In this document: positions 42,063 to 51,225 of the stretch, one piece after another
Numbering within the stretch: the stretch's first letter is position 1
Layout: every line of letters starts with the position of its first letter
Assembly (NCBI GenBank): GCA_963705305.1
Contig: OY970067.1
Span: 2,720,001 to 2,784,000, forward strand
DNA length: 64,000 bases
Reading direction: 5' to 3'
Source: an uncultured Methylomirabilota bacterium
Lineage (GTDB): Bacteria > Methylomirabilota > Methylomirabilia > Methylomirabilales > 2-02-FULL-66-22
The notes under the pieces: model-generated
What the model saw: only the letters and a program-made list of their open reading frames with translations
Databases searched by the model: none
Told to the model about the DNA's origin: nothing
Made by a program: the position numbers and the translations under genes

Positions 42063-42152
42063 CCCACCCGGTTTTTGCTTCCGCGCGCCAGTCTCACACC
42101 CCAACACGTCCGTCGGGGGGCTGGCCGAACCTCCAGGCGAGGAGAAGGGATC

Positions 42153-43952
42153 ATGGCGGCATTTACCACCCGCCCGGTCATCCGGGGAACGCGTGGGGTT
42201 GTTACGTCGGGTCATTACCTGGCCACGGCTGCCGGCTTTCGCATCATGGAGAAGGGCGGCAACGCCATCGATGCGGCGGCGGCGATGTGCTTCTGCCTCA
42301 ATCTTCTCGAGCCCCAGAGCAACGGCATCGGCGGCGAGGTGCCGACGCTCGTCTATTCGGCAAAGGAGGGGAAGGCCTACGCGGTGTGCGGGTTGGGGTG
42401 GTCGCCCCGGGCCTTCACCATCGAGTGGTGCCGGACACACGCCATTGACCTCATCCCGGGAGACGGGTACCTGCCCGCCTGCGTCCCCGCCGTGGTGGAC
42501 ACCTGGGCGACCGCCGTGGCCCGCTTCGGGACGCTGCGCTTTCGGGACGTCTTGCAGCCCGCCATCGAGCTGGCCGAGAACGGCTTTCCTGTCTACGAGG
42601 GCCTCCACGAGAGCTTGGCCGCCAACCGGGAGAAGTTCGCAAGCCAGTATCCCACCACCGGCGAGATCTACCTGCCGGGAGGGCGAGTTCCCGAGGTGGG
42701 GGAGATCTGGCGGAACCCTGACTGGGCCAATGTCCTCAAAGCGCTGTGCCGCGCCGAGGCGGATGCCGAGCACAAGGGGCGCCTGGCCGGCATCGAGGCG
42801 GCCCGGGACGCCTTCTACAAAGGGAAGATCGCCGAGCAGATCGTGGCCTTCATCACCTCGACGCCGGTGGGAGACGCCAGCGGCGCGGCGCACACAGGGC
42901 TGCTGTCCTACGAGGACCTGGCGGAATGGCACGCCGGCGTGGAGGAGACGATCACGCTGCGCTACCGGGGGCTGGATGTCCACAAGTGTCCGCCCTGGAC
43001 CCAGGGGCCGGTGTTTCTCCAGCAATTGGCCCTCCTGCAAGGGTACGACCTCGCCGGCCTCGGCCACAACTCGGCGGAGTGCCTCCATCTGTTGATCGAG
43101 TCAGCCAAGCTGGCCTTTGCCGACCGCGAGGCCTATTACGGCGATCCGCGGTTCGACCAGGTCCCGCTGGATACCCTGCTGTCGCCCGCCTACACGGAGA
43201 AGCGGCGGCAGCTCATTGGAAGGGAGGCCTCGCGGGAGATGCGGCCGGGCGACGTCGGCCGGGGGGTTCCCGCCTACGCCACCTTCGATGTGGTGGGAGA
43301 CAACCGGCGGGCTCTCCAGATCGTCGGGCGGGCGGTGCAGGACCTGGGGTTTGGGCATGCCCACGTGGGCGACACGACCCACCTGGATGCCGTGGACCGC
43401 GAGGGCAACATGGTGGCGGCCACACCCAGCGGAGGCTGGATCGGCAGTTCGCCCGTCGTCCGGGGGCTGGGATTCCCCTTGGGGACGCGCGGCCAGATGT
43501 TCTACCTGAATGCCCAGCGGCCCAACGCCCTGGCTCCCCGCAAGCGCCCGCGGGCCACCCTGACCCCCTCCCTGGTGACCAGGGATGGCCACCCGTTCAT
43601 GGTCTTCGGCACACCGGGGGGCGACGGGCAGGACCAGTGGACCCTGCAGTTCTTCCTCAACTATCTGGTATTCGGCATGAACATCCAGGAGGCCTTGGAC
43701 GCGCCGACGCTTCACTCGGTCCACTTCCCGTCCTCCTTCTATCCGCGCCCCGCCTTCCCTGGCCGGGTGGATGCCGAGGCCGGGATTACCCCCGGGGTTG
43801 TGGCGGAGCTGGAGCGGCGCGGCCACGAGGTCACGCTGGTCGACCAGTGGGCCAACGGCAAGGTCATGGGGATCCACTACAACCAGGCGCAGGGAATCTT
43901 GGAGGGGGGGGTCTCCCCCCGGCGCCAGATCGGCTACGGTCTCGGATGGTGA
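42153..43952 (+). CDS. ggt: Gamma-glutamyltransferase family protein
   Basis: GGNAIDAA, AFADRE, DTTH nucleophile Thr, FGTPGGD. Confidence 0.92.
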   Translation: MAAFTTRPVIRGTRGVVTSGHYLATAAGFRIMEKGGNAIDAAAAMCFCLNLLEPQSNGIGGEVPTLVYSAKEGKAYAVCGLGWSPRAFTIEWCRTHAIDLIPGDGYLPACVPAVVDTWATAVARFGTLRFRDVLQPAIELAENGFPVYEGLHESLAANREKFASQYPTTGEIYLPGGRVPEVGEIWRNPDWANVLKALCRAEADAEHKGRLAGIEAARDAFYKGKIAEQIVAFITSTPVGDASGAAHTGLLSYEDLAEWHAGVEETITLRYRGLDVHKCPPWTQGPVFLQQLALLQGYDLAGLGHNSAECLHLLIESAKLAFADREAYYGDPRFDQVPLDTLLSPAYTEKRRQLIGREASREMRPGDVGRGVPAYATFDVVGDNRRALQIVGRAVQDLGFGHAHVGDTTHLDAVDREGNMVAATPSGGWIGSSPVVRGLGFPLGTRGQMFYLNAQRPNALAPRKRPRATLTPSLVTRDGHPFMVFGTPGGDGQDQWTLQFFLNYLVFGMNIQEALDAPTLHSVHFPSSFYPRPAFPGRVDAEAGITPGVVAELERRGHEVTLVDQWANGKVMGIHYNQAQGILEGGVSPRRQIGYGLGW

Positions 43953-44016
43953 GCAGGCGGTCGTCGGGACCGAATCGCGAAAGGGTCGGTCTGCCGCGCG
44001 AACGGCAGCTCCCGCC

Positions 44017-44178
44017 ATGATCGATCTCCACACCTTCTCCATCGCCGCCCGCGATCCGCAGCGAGGGGAATTTGGCGTGGCCGTGTCGACGGCCCGCCCA
44101 AACGTCGGGAGCCTGGTCCCCCACGTCAGCGGGGTGAAAAACGCAAAAGCCTTGACAGTGGGCATCACCGGCATGTAG
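44017..44178 (+). pseudogene. Truncated DUF1028 (Ntn-hydrolase-like) gene
   Basis: HTFSIAARDPQRGEFGVAVST..VGSLVP then runs into promoter sequence and a stop. Confidence 0.7.
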
Positions 44179-44224
44179 GCTCCACAGTGAATAGCCCCCT
44201 TGCGTCAACGAGGAGCATCGCCGG

Positions 44225-44602
44225 ATGGCAAAGATCCTGGTTGTGGATGACGAGCCGCTGCTTCGCCTCATGCTTCGCGACGGCCTGGAAATGGCGGGGT
44301 ACACGGTAGTCGAGGCGCAGTCTGGACGGGAGGCGCTGGACATGGCCAAGACCGAACGCCCCGACTGCATCCTGCTGGACATTATGATGCCGGACATGGA
44401 TGGCTACGAGACCTGCAAGGCCCTGAAGGCGGTCCCCGGTCTAGGCTCCATTCCGGTGCTCTTGGTCTCCGCCACCAGCGACCTGCGGGTGGTGGATCAG
44501 GCGGAGCAGGCCGGCGCCACCGGCATCCTGCCCAAGCCGGTTCCCGTCGAGCAGCTTCAGCATACCGTCGCCCTCGCCCTCGCCAGCCCGCAAGGGTTGT
44601 AG
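44225..44602 (+). CDS. Single-domain response regulator
   Basis: LVVDDE, LLDIMMPDMDG, KP; upstream TTGACA-18-TAGGCT. Confidence 0.9.
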   Translation: MAKILVVDDEPLLRLMLRDGLEMAGYTVVEAQSGREALDMAKTERPDCILLDIMMPDMDGYETCKALKAVPGLGSIPVLLVSATSDLRVVDQAEQAGATGILPKPVPVEQLQHTVALALASPQGL

Positions 44603-44792
44603 GCGCCTCGCCCACGAATTCCGACGAGCCAGCGCATTTCCAGCGGCGCGCCGATTGCGGCCGGCTACCCGGCCCTGGACCTGGCGCAAAGAGCCTTGAT
44701 GGCCTTGGGCTAAACGGCTACCATCGCCCCGGCGCGCGCGGCGAGCCCGCGGGAAAAGGTCCCCGCGCTTGCGGCGCGATCACGGAGTCCAG

Positions 44793-45986
44793 ATGGATCG
44801 GCCGCCCCCCATACGACCCGCCGGCGACGGGCCGGCTGGCCTGTCCCGAAAAATCAAAGACCGAGCAATCGCCCTGGGCTTCGACCGGGTGGGGATCTCT
44901 CCAGTGGATGATCCATTGCACGGCCGGGCATTTGCCGAGTGGCTGCGGCGGGGATACCACGGCGAGATGGCCTACCTGGCCCGCACGCAAGCGCAGCGCT
45001 CGCATCCCGCGGCATTTCTCCCGTGGGCCAGGTCTGTCGTCTCGGTGGGGCTGAGCTACAATACTGCGCATCCCCGAGAGAACGCGGGTGGACTGCACGG
45101 CCGAGTCTCCCGGTACGCGTGGGGCGCCGACTATCACGACGGAATGCGGGAGGGACTCGGGAGGTTGCTGGAGGATGTCTGCCGGGAGGTCGGCGGCACC
45201 GTCCAAGGACGGATCTGCGTAGATGTGGAGCCGGTTCTCGACCGCCAGGCGGGAGCACGGGGGGGGATCGGCTGGTTCGGCAAGAACACGAACCTGCTGG
45301 CGATGGGGCTGGGATCGTTCTTCTTCCTGGGCGAGCTTTTCCTGGGCCTCGAGCTGGCGTACGACCGACCGGCCCAGGGCCGTTGCGGCCGCTGCCGGCT
45401 ATGCCTCGACGCCTGTCCCACCGGGGCGTTCGTAGCTCCCTACCTCCTGGATGCCCGCCGGTGTGTCTCCTACCTCACCATTGAGCTGAAGGGCGCCATT
45501 CCTCGGGAGTTGCGGCCGCTGATGGGCACCCATGTCTTCGGCTGCGACATCTGCCAGGACGTCTGCCCCTACAACACCCATGCCGCACGAACGGAGGCGC
45601 CGGCCTTTCAGCCGCGGGGGCTCCATGGACCGGAGTTGCTGCCCTTGCTCCCGCTGACCGAGGCGGGATTCCGGGCGCGATTCCGCGGCAGCCCTATCCT
45701 GCGGGCCAAGCGGCAGGGCCTTCTGCGCAACGTCTGCGTGGCCCTGGGGAATCTCCGCCGAGCCGAGGCGGTTCCGGCGCTGGTGCGGAGTCTGTGCGGG
45801 GACCCCGATTCGCTGGTGCGGGCCCATGCCGCCTGGGCGCTGGGGCGAATCGGGACGATCGGGGCGGCCGCGGGTCTGCGGCAAACCCTGGAGGTGGAGA
45901 CGAACCTTTCCGTGCGGGAAGAGATCGGGGCGGCGCTGGTGGAGGCCGCGGCCGGGAAGACCGACCGGTACGGAAACGGCGGGTGA
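44793..45986 (+). CDS. queG: Epoxyqueuosine reductase
   Basis: SRYAWGADYH, GWFGKN, CGRCRLCLDACP, FGCDICQDVCP, HEAT-repeat tail. Confidence 0.94.
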   Translation: MDRPPPIRPAGDGPAGLSRKIKDRAIALGFDRVGISPVDDPLHGRAFAEWLRRGYHGEMAYLARTQAQRSHPAAFLPWARSVVSVGLSYNTAHPRENAGGLHGRVSRYAWGADYHDGMREGLGRLLEDVCREVGGTVQGRICVDVEPVLDRQAGARGGIGWFGKNTNLLAMGLGSFFFLGELFLGLELAYDRPAQGRCGRCRLCLDACPTGAFVAPYLLDARRCVSYLTIELKGAIPRELRPLMGTHVFGCDICQDVCPYNTHAARTEAPAFQPRGLHGPELLPLLPLTEAGFRARFRGSPILRAKRQGLLRNVCVALGNLRRAEAVPALVRSLCGDPDSLVRAHAAWALGRIGTIGAAAGLRQTLEVETNLSVREEIGAALVEAAAGKTDRYGNGG

Positions 45987-46283
45987 CCTAACCCTGATCC
46001 GAAAGAACCGTTCTACCGCCATGACGCCAAGGGCCTACAATTTAAAAATCCCGGCGGCTTCGACCTGGGGCACCGGATTACCTCCTCAGGGAACATCACG
46101 GGGATCCAAGCCTTTGGTATTTTGCCCATTCCGGCCGTGCCATTCTTGGCGCTTGGCGGTGAGGTGTTTTCAGAATGGGGTTAACCTACCCTCCTCTCGA
46201 GGGTGTCGCAGTTTGCCGACCGGCGGATGGGCTCGGACGCCCCGCCACCACACGTGTCTGGCGGGGCTCGGTCTGCCCGGACG

Positions 46284-46472
46284 TCACTTGTCCAGCAAAC
46301 CCTGCAGTCGATCCCTGGCCTGGCGCGCGCGCTCCAAGTGGTGCCCGCAGATCTGGAGGATCTCGTTCCGCAGCGTGGGCCGGAGGGTCGCCAGGAACGT
46401 GATGAGGCCGTCCAGCGCCTCGTCCAGCGCCCGCACCGCGGTTGCGATCTCCTTCTGGACTTCGTCGTCCAT
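46284..46472 (-). CDS. Small helical hypothetical protein (62 aa)
   Basis: GGAGG RBS; amphipathic MDDEVQKEIATAVRALDEALD.. Confidence 0.6.
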   Translation of the reverse strand: MDDEVQKEIATAVRALDEALDGLITFLATLRPTLRNEILQICGHHLERARQARDRLQGLLDK

Positions 46473-46631
46473 GCCGCCCTCCGCACTCCTTTTGATATGA
46501 CAAGGCCGCGAGGCCCGGAGAGAGTTGCTGCGGTCGAGGGGCAACTCCATGCTATCACGGCAACCGCAGGCGCCGGGAGCCGGATCCCGCCGCCGCTCGA
46601 CGCGTGCGGTGTCGACAGGAGAAAATGGATC

Positions 46632-47024
46632 ATGCCAGAGTTTTGCGTTCGAACGAGCCAGACGCAAGAGATGGTGGATATCACCGCCAGGGTGGATGAG
46701 CTGGTGCGCGGGTCGGGTGTGGCCGACGGCCTCTGCCTGGTGTATCTGCCGCACGCGACCGCCGCCGTGGCGATCAACGAGAACGCCGATCCGAACGTCT
46801 GCCAGGACATCCTGGACGCGCTGGCCCGCCTGATTCCCGACGGGGCGTGGCGGCACGACCGGATCGACAACAACGCTGCTGCGCACATCAAGGCGACGAT
46901 CCTGGGACCCGGCCAAACCGTTCCGGTACGGGGTGGACGCCTCCGGCTGGGCACCTGGCAGAGCCTGATGCTGGTCGAGTTCGACGGCCCGCGGGAGCGG
47001 ACGGTCATCGTCGAGGTCCGTTGA
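46632..47024 (+). CDS. yjbQ: YjbQ/UPF0047 protein
   Basis: PHATAAVAINENADP, NAAAHIK, LGTWQ..EFDGPR. Confidence 0.93.
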   Translation: MPEFCVRTSQTQEMVDITARVDELVRGSGVADGLCLVYLPHATAAVAINENADPNVCQDILDALARLIPDGAWRHDRIDNNAAAHIKATILGPGQTVPVRGGRLRLGTWQSLMLVEFDGPRERTVIVEVR

Positions 47025-47176
47025 TCGATCGGAAGGAGGCTGGGCCCCAGGAGACCCCCTCTCACCGCCCGGGCGCCTCTTGCGTCCGGGCGGGAGGCGG
47101 TATTGCTCCGCGATCGGTGAGGGGCCGGCGTGACCGGCCTGTCCTCGCGATTCCGCGCGCCCCTCCGACCTCCGCG

Positions 47177-48397
47177 TCAGCCGGGTTGTTGCGAGTCCTT
47201 GCGGCGATGGTGGCGACGCTCGGACTGGTTGCCGGCCCGCTCGAGGACAGTGACCACGCTCACAATGGCCACCGCCTGCACCACCAGGACGACCGCCTCC
47301 CGCGTGCGGGCATTCACCAGCGCAATGGCGGCCAGTCCCATGGAAAGCGACAGGAGGAAGATGAGGAGAACGGTCTTTCGTTTGCTGCGAAGCAGGGCCT
47401 CCAGCCGATGGTGCAGATGGTCCTTTCCCACGTAGGCGATCCACTGGCCGAAGGTGCGGACCTTGCCGGAGGTGATGCGGGATATCGTGATGTGGGCCAT
47501 GTCAAAGATGAAGACCCAGAAGATGAGCACAGGGGCGGCCAGATCGATGATGTTGTTCTCGGCCCAGTCGCCTTTCACGGCCAGGGCGGCCAGAACAAAG
47601 CCGAGGAACGTGCTGCCAACGTCGCCCAGGAAGATGGCCGCCGGACGCTTGGGGCGGAAGTTGAATGGCAGGAAGCCCAGGCAGCTTCCCACGATGGCAA
47701 CGGCGAACCAGCCGAGGAAGGGCTGGAACGTCAGGGCCGCAAAGATTCCCAGGAAGCCCGCGGTGATGACGCTCAGGCCGGTGGCCAGGCCGTCCATGCC
47801 ATCGAAGAAATTCATGGCGTTGGTGATGCCCAGCAGCCAGACGACGGTGAGCAGAATGTCCACCACATCGGCCGGCCATCGCCAGGGAAACAGCGTGAGG
47901 ACGACCCCGGAGGCTATGACCAGGGCCACGGCCGCGAGCTGGGCCAGCAACCTCACCCCTGCCGGCACGCCGTGCATGTCGTCCAGAATGCCGACGACAA
48001 CCAGGAGGGTTCCGCCCACCAGGATGGAGACGACCTGCGTGTCCAGAATGGAGTTGGCGAGGACGGAGACCAAGAAAGCGAGATAAATCGCCAGGCCGCC
48101 CAGGAGGGGAGTCGGGGTGGAGTGCACCTTGCGAGCCGCCGGCAGGTCCAGGACCCCGGAGTAATGGGCCAGCCTCATGGTCAAGGGGGTCAGGGCGAAG
48201 GAGATCAGGAAGGATACGACCAGGATGTAGGCCCAGCGCCATCCCAGCCGGTGCCACGTATCCCGCACGGGGGACAGCAGGAGGCAGCCGGCCAGCATCA
48301 GGATCGCCAGGCTGATCCACCACGGGCATCGGGCAATGCCCGTGGCTTCCGGCGGGAGGGCCCAGGAACGCGTGTCTTGGCGCATAGGGTCGCTCAC
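47177..48397 (-). CDS. wecA: Undecaprenyl-phosphate GlcNAc-1-P transferase (WecA/MraY family)
   Basis: RKVH..PTPLLGG, GILDD, NAMNFFDGMDGL, IFLGDVG, HLHHRL. Confidence 0.9.
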   Translation of the reverse strand: MSDPMRQDTRSWALPPEATGIARCPWWISLAILMLAGCLLLSPVRDTWHRLGWRWAYILVVSFLISFALTPLTMRLAHYSGVLDLPAARKVHSTPTPLLGGLAIYLAFLVSVLANSILDTQVVSILVGGTLLVVVGILDDMHGVPAGVRLLAQLAAVALVIASGVVLTLFPWRWPADVVDILLTVVWLLGITNAMNFFDGMDGLATGLSVITAGFLGIFAALTFQPFLGWFAVAIVGSCLGFLPFNFRPKRPAAIFLGDVGSTFLGFVLAALAVKGDWAENNIIDLAAPVLIFWVFIFDMAHITISRITSGKVRTFGQWIAYVGKDHLHHRLEALLRSKRKTVLLIFLLSLSMGLAAIALVNARTREAVVLVVQAVAIVSVVTVLERAGNQSERRHHRRKDSQQPG

Positions 48398-49434
48398 TCG
48401 AAGAGGCCCCGGAAAGCGTTCGCCACGGTGCGCTCCTCCTGGAGGGTGAGGGTCGGGTACAGGGGAAGGGACAGGCTCCTTCGAAAGGCTTCGGTGGTCC
48501 CCGGGAATCCCTCCACTCCGAGGGTCACGTGAATGGGCTGAAAGACCGGCGGCCGCGCCGTGACCCCCAGGGCGGCCAGGCGGCGGGAAGCGGCAGCGGC
48601 CCGCATCGGCAGGGCCACGACGAATCGATGATAGGCGTGACGGCGCGTGTCGTCAACCCAGGGGAGCCCGACGGGCAGGTCGGAGAAGCGGCGCCGGTAC
48701 CGGCCGGCGATGGCCGCCCGTCGCGCCAGGGCCGCGGGAAAACGGCGAAGCTGGCTGCGTCCCAGGGCGGCCTGAAAATCGGTGAGCTTGTAGTTGAAGC
48801 GGACGACATGCCGGCGGCGCTCGTCGTAGTCCCGGCGATCGCGGACTCGCTCCAAGAGCCGCCGGTCCCGGCTGAGGACCATGCCTCCTTCGCCGGTGGT
48901 CAGGAGCTTGGTAGCGTAGAAGGAGGCGACGCCGACCTCTCCGAAGCCGCCGACGGGCCGGCCGCGGTAGGAGGCGCCCACGGCCTGCGCGCAGTCCTCG
49001 ACGATCGGGACCCCCAGCCCGCACAGCGCGTCCAACTCTGCGGGGAGGCCGAATTGATGCGAGACGATGATTGCCCGGGTGCGCCGGGTCAGGCGGCGAC
49101 GGACGTCCGCGGGATCAAGCGTGTACGTGGCCGGGTCCACATCGGCCAGCCGGGGTCGGGCCCCGGTGTATTCAACGGCGTGGAGCGGCGCCACGCACAC
49201 GAACGCGGGCAGGATGACCTCATCCCCGGGGCCGATCCCGAGCCCCAGCAGGGCCAAGTGCAGGGCGGCAGTGCCGGAGCTCACCGCGACCCCGGGCGGG
49301 AGGCGCAGGAAGGCGCCCACCTCCCCCTCGAACGCGGAGACTTCGGCCCCCTGGGCCAACGCGCCGCGCCGGAGGGCGCGCGACACGGACAGGACATCGG
49401 CCGACGTGATCCAGGGTCGGGAGTGAGGGACCAT
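48394..49434 (-). CDS. DegT/DnrJ/EryC1/StrS sugar aminotransferase
   Basis: SSGTAALHLAL, EDCAQA, SFYATKLLTTGEGG, NYKLTDFQAALG. Confidence 0.93.
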   Translation of the reverse strand: MVPHSRPWITSADVLSVSRALRRGALAQGAEVSAFEGEVGAFLRLPPGVAVSSGTAALHLALLGLGIGPGDEVILPAFVCVAPLHAVEYTGARPRLADVDPATYTLDPADVRRRLTRRTRAIIVSHQFGLPAELDALCGLGVPIVEDCAQAVGASYRGRPVGGFGEVGVASFYATKLLTTGEGGMVLSRDRRLLERVRDRRDYDERRRHVVRFNYKLTDFQAALGRSQLRRFPAALARRAAIAGRYRRRFSDLPVGLPWVDDTRRHAYHRFVVALPMRAAAASRRLAALGVTARPPVFQPIHVTLGVEGFPGTTEAFRRSLSLPLYPTLTLQEERTVANAFRGLFE

Positions 49435-49789
49435 ATTCGTTGATGTGTCAATTGGTCGAGTTGTCAACTTGTCAGAACCCACCGGAGACGAACACCCCGC
49501 TCGCGAAATAGTCATCCTATCGGGGCTTGGCTCCGTGAACCCTTCTTCCTGGGAGTTGAGGCGGCCTTTCTCTCAAGGGAATTGATGCAAGCGTTGAGCT
49601 GTGGCTCCAACTCATCCACTAGCCCGCAAAGGTGTTGGTATTTTGCCTCAGAAACGATCTTACGAACCGCTACCCTTCGCAACCAGAATCGTGTTTCCTT
49701 CAGGGACCCTCTTCCGTGGTAGTCGAACGCAATCTCCTCTCGATAATGAAATCGCCCATTGACCGATCGACTCGTTGACGAGTTGACTG
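49435..49789. repeat. Inverted octamer arrays flanking a four-helix-bundle fragment
   Basis: 5 x 8 bp at 49435-49474 (..GTCA) and 4 x 8 bp at 49758-49789 (TGAC..). Confidence 0.8.
49512..49757 (-). pseudogene. C-terminal half of a four-helix-bundle (23S IVS-encoded-like) protein
   Basis: GRFHYREEIAFDYHGRGSLKETRFWL..LN.CINSL; no start codon or N-terminal half. Confidence 0.8.
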
Positions 49790-49792
49790 CTC

Positions 49793-50413
49793 TCAGGGAT
49801 TGATGTTGATGAACAATCGGAGGGGGACGAAGCCCTCGGCATTCCGCACGCGGCCCTGGATGCCCCGGAAATGGGCGGAGGCGCGGGCGACATCCACGAT
49901 GGAGAGGTTCTCGATATTCGTCTTGCTCACCTGCGAGCGGTGAGCCTGAAGGAGCGCGATCTTCACGTCCAGCACGCTGTCCACGTCCACGAAGACATTG
50001 GGGGAGAAGTTCACGCTGGTCGGTCCCTCGTAGAAAAGGACATTGCGGGTGTAGCGGGTGGCGGTGATGGTGCAGGTGGAGAGATTGCGGTGGTCCTGGT
50101 GGGTGTCCTCGTGGTAGTGGACGAAGATGAATTCCGGCTGGATCTCCTGGATGACTCCTTCCAGCCGCTGGATGAGGGGCCGACCCAGGGGGATGGCGGT
50201 ATCGGGGTACTCCCCCCAGACGAGCTTGGCGGCGCGCATGAGTCGGGCCGCCTCCTCCTGCTCGGCCCGGCGGATCAGTCCGTCGCCGCCTCCACTCCCC
50301 TCGGTCATGACCAGCAGGTAGACCTGGTGGCCCTGCCGGGCGTACTTGGTGAGGGTGCCGCCGCACCCGAACTCGATGTCGTCAGGATGAGCCCCGATGG
50401 CCAGGATTCGCAT
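49793..50413 (-). CDS. PIG-L/LmbE family deacetylase
   Basis: AHPDDIEFG, RRAE, DTHQDH, AHRSQ. Confidence 0.92.
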   Translation of the reverse strand: MRILAIGAHPDDIEFGCGGTLTKYARQGHQVYLLVMTEGSGGGDGLIRRAEQEEAARLMRAAKLVWGEYPDTAIPLGRPLIQRLEGVIQEIQPEFIFVHYHEDTHQDHRNLSTCTITATRYTRNVLFYEGPTSVNFSPNVFVDVDSVLDVKIALLQAHRSQVSKTNIENLSIVDVARASAHFRGIQGRVRNAEGFVPLRLFININP

Positions 50414-50521
50414 GCGTTCCGCCTTTCGGTGAGCGTGCTCCTCGGTGACATCCCCTCAAGACGCCTCGGGCTGCCAGGAAGCGCTCGGCGAGATTGACCA
50501 CGGCCTCCGTGCCCTCTTGTT

Positions 50522-51223
50522 TCATGGGCGGAGAGGCTCCCAGCAGCGCCCCGATCGGAGGACGTTGAGACTCTGGGGGCCGCAATTGAAGAGTAAATCT
50601 ACCACCGCCAGGTGCGAAACAAAAGGCGTATATCGCTGGGTGTAGGTCGGATGCCGATAGGACTGCACCTGGAGGCCGATTCCCGCCTGGATAAACCGTC
50701 CGGCGTCCATATATTCCGGCCCGGCCTGGCCGGCGAGGTACTCGGTGCCGCCCACGGCCCGGCAGAGGTCGATCAGCCGGTCCGTGGGCTCCTCCCGAGC
50801 GTCGAGTTCGGAGGCGAGGATGCGTCGGGTCTGGATTCCAAGCTGGCGGCAGATCAACTCCACCACGGCCACGTTCAGCGGCGAGACTCGCTCCCAGGGC
50901 GTTTCCAGGAGACTCAGCAATTGGGGGCCCAGCGGCTCCCAGAAGGGGGCCCGGCCGTAGTGGAGGCGTAGGGCCTGGCAGTGCTTCCGCACCCAGTCCG
51001 CCCGTTGATTGATCTCCACCCGGTCGATGCGCTCGGGGAACCGGTCGATGATGGGCACGGTCAGCCACTGCCAGCCGTCCTTGATTCGGATGCGATTCCG
51101 GTTCTGCCATTCGTGCTTCTTGAATTGCACCGTGTCCAAGAAGATGAACACATCGGCCGAGTCCAGCTTGTCGAAGTATCCCAGCCAGGGAAGGTACTGG
51201 GGCTGATGGATGGCGACCTTCAT
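50522..51223 (-). CDS. wbqC: WbqC-family protein
   Basis: IHQPQYLPWLGYF, WQNRNRI, WLTVP, DLLFNCG. Confidence 0.92.
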   Translation of the reverse strand: MKVAIHQPQYLPWLGYFDKLDSADVFIFLDTVQFKKHEWQNRNRIRIKDGWQWLTVPIIDRFPERIDRVEINQRADWVRKHCQALRLHYGRAPFWEPLGPQLLSLLETPWERVSPLNVAVVELICRQLGIQTRRILASELDAREEPTDRLIDLCRAVGGTEYLAGQAGPEYMDAGRFIQAGIGLQVQSYRHPTYTQRYTPFVSHLAVVDLLFNCGPQSLNVLRSGRCWEPLRP

Positions 51224-51225
51224 GG

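Noticed and set aside
46047..46100. Minus-strand GAGGAGG plus a 12-codon mini-ORF
   Set aside because: Too short, with no supporting context.
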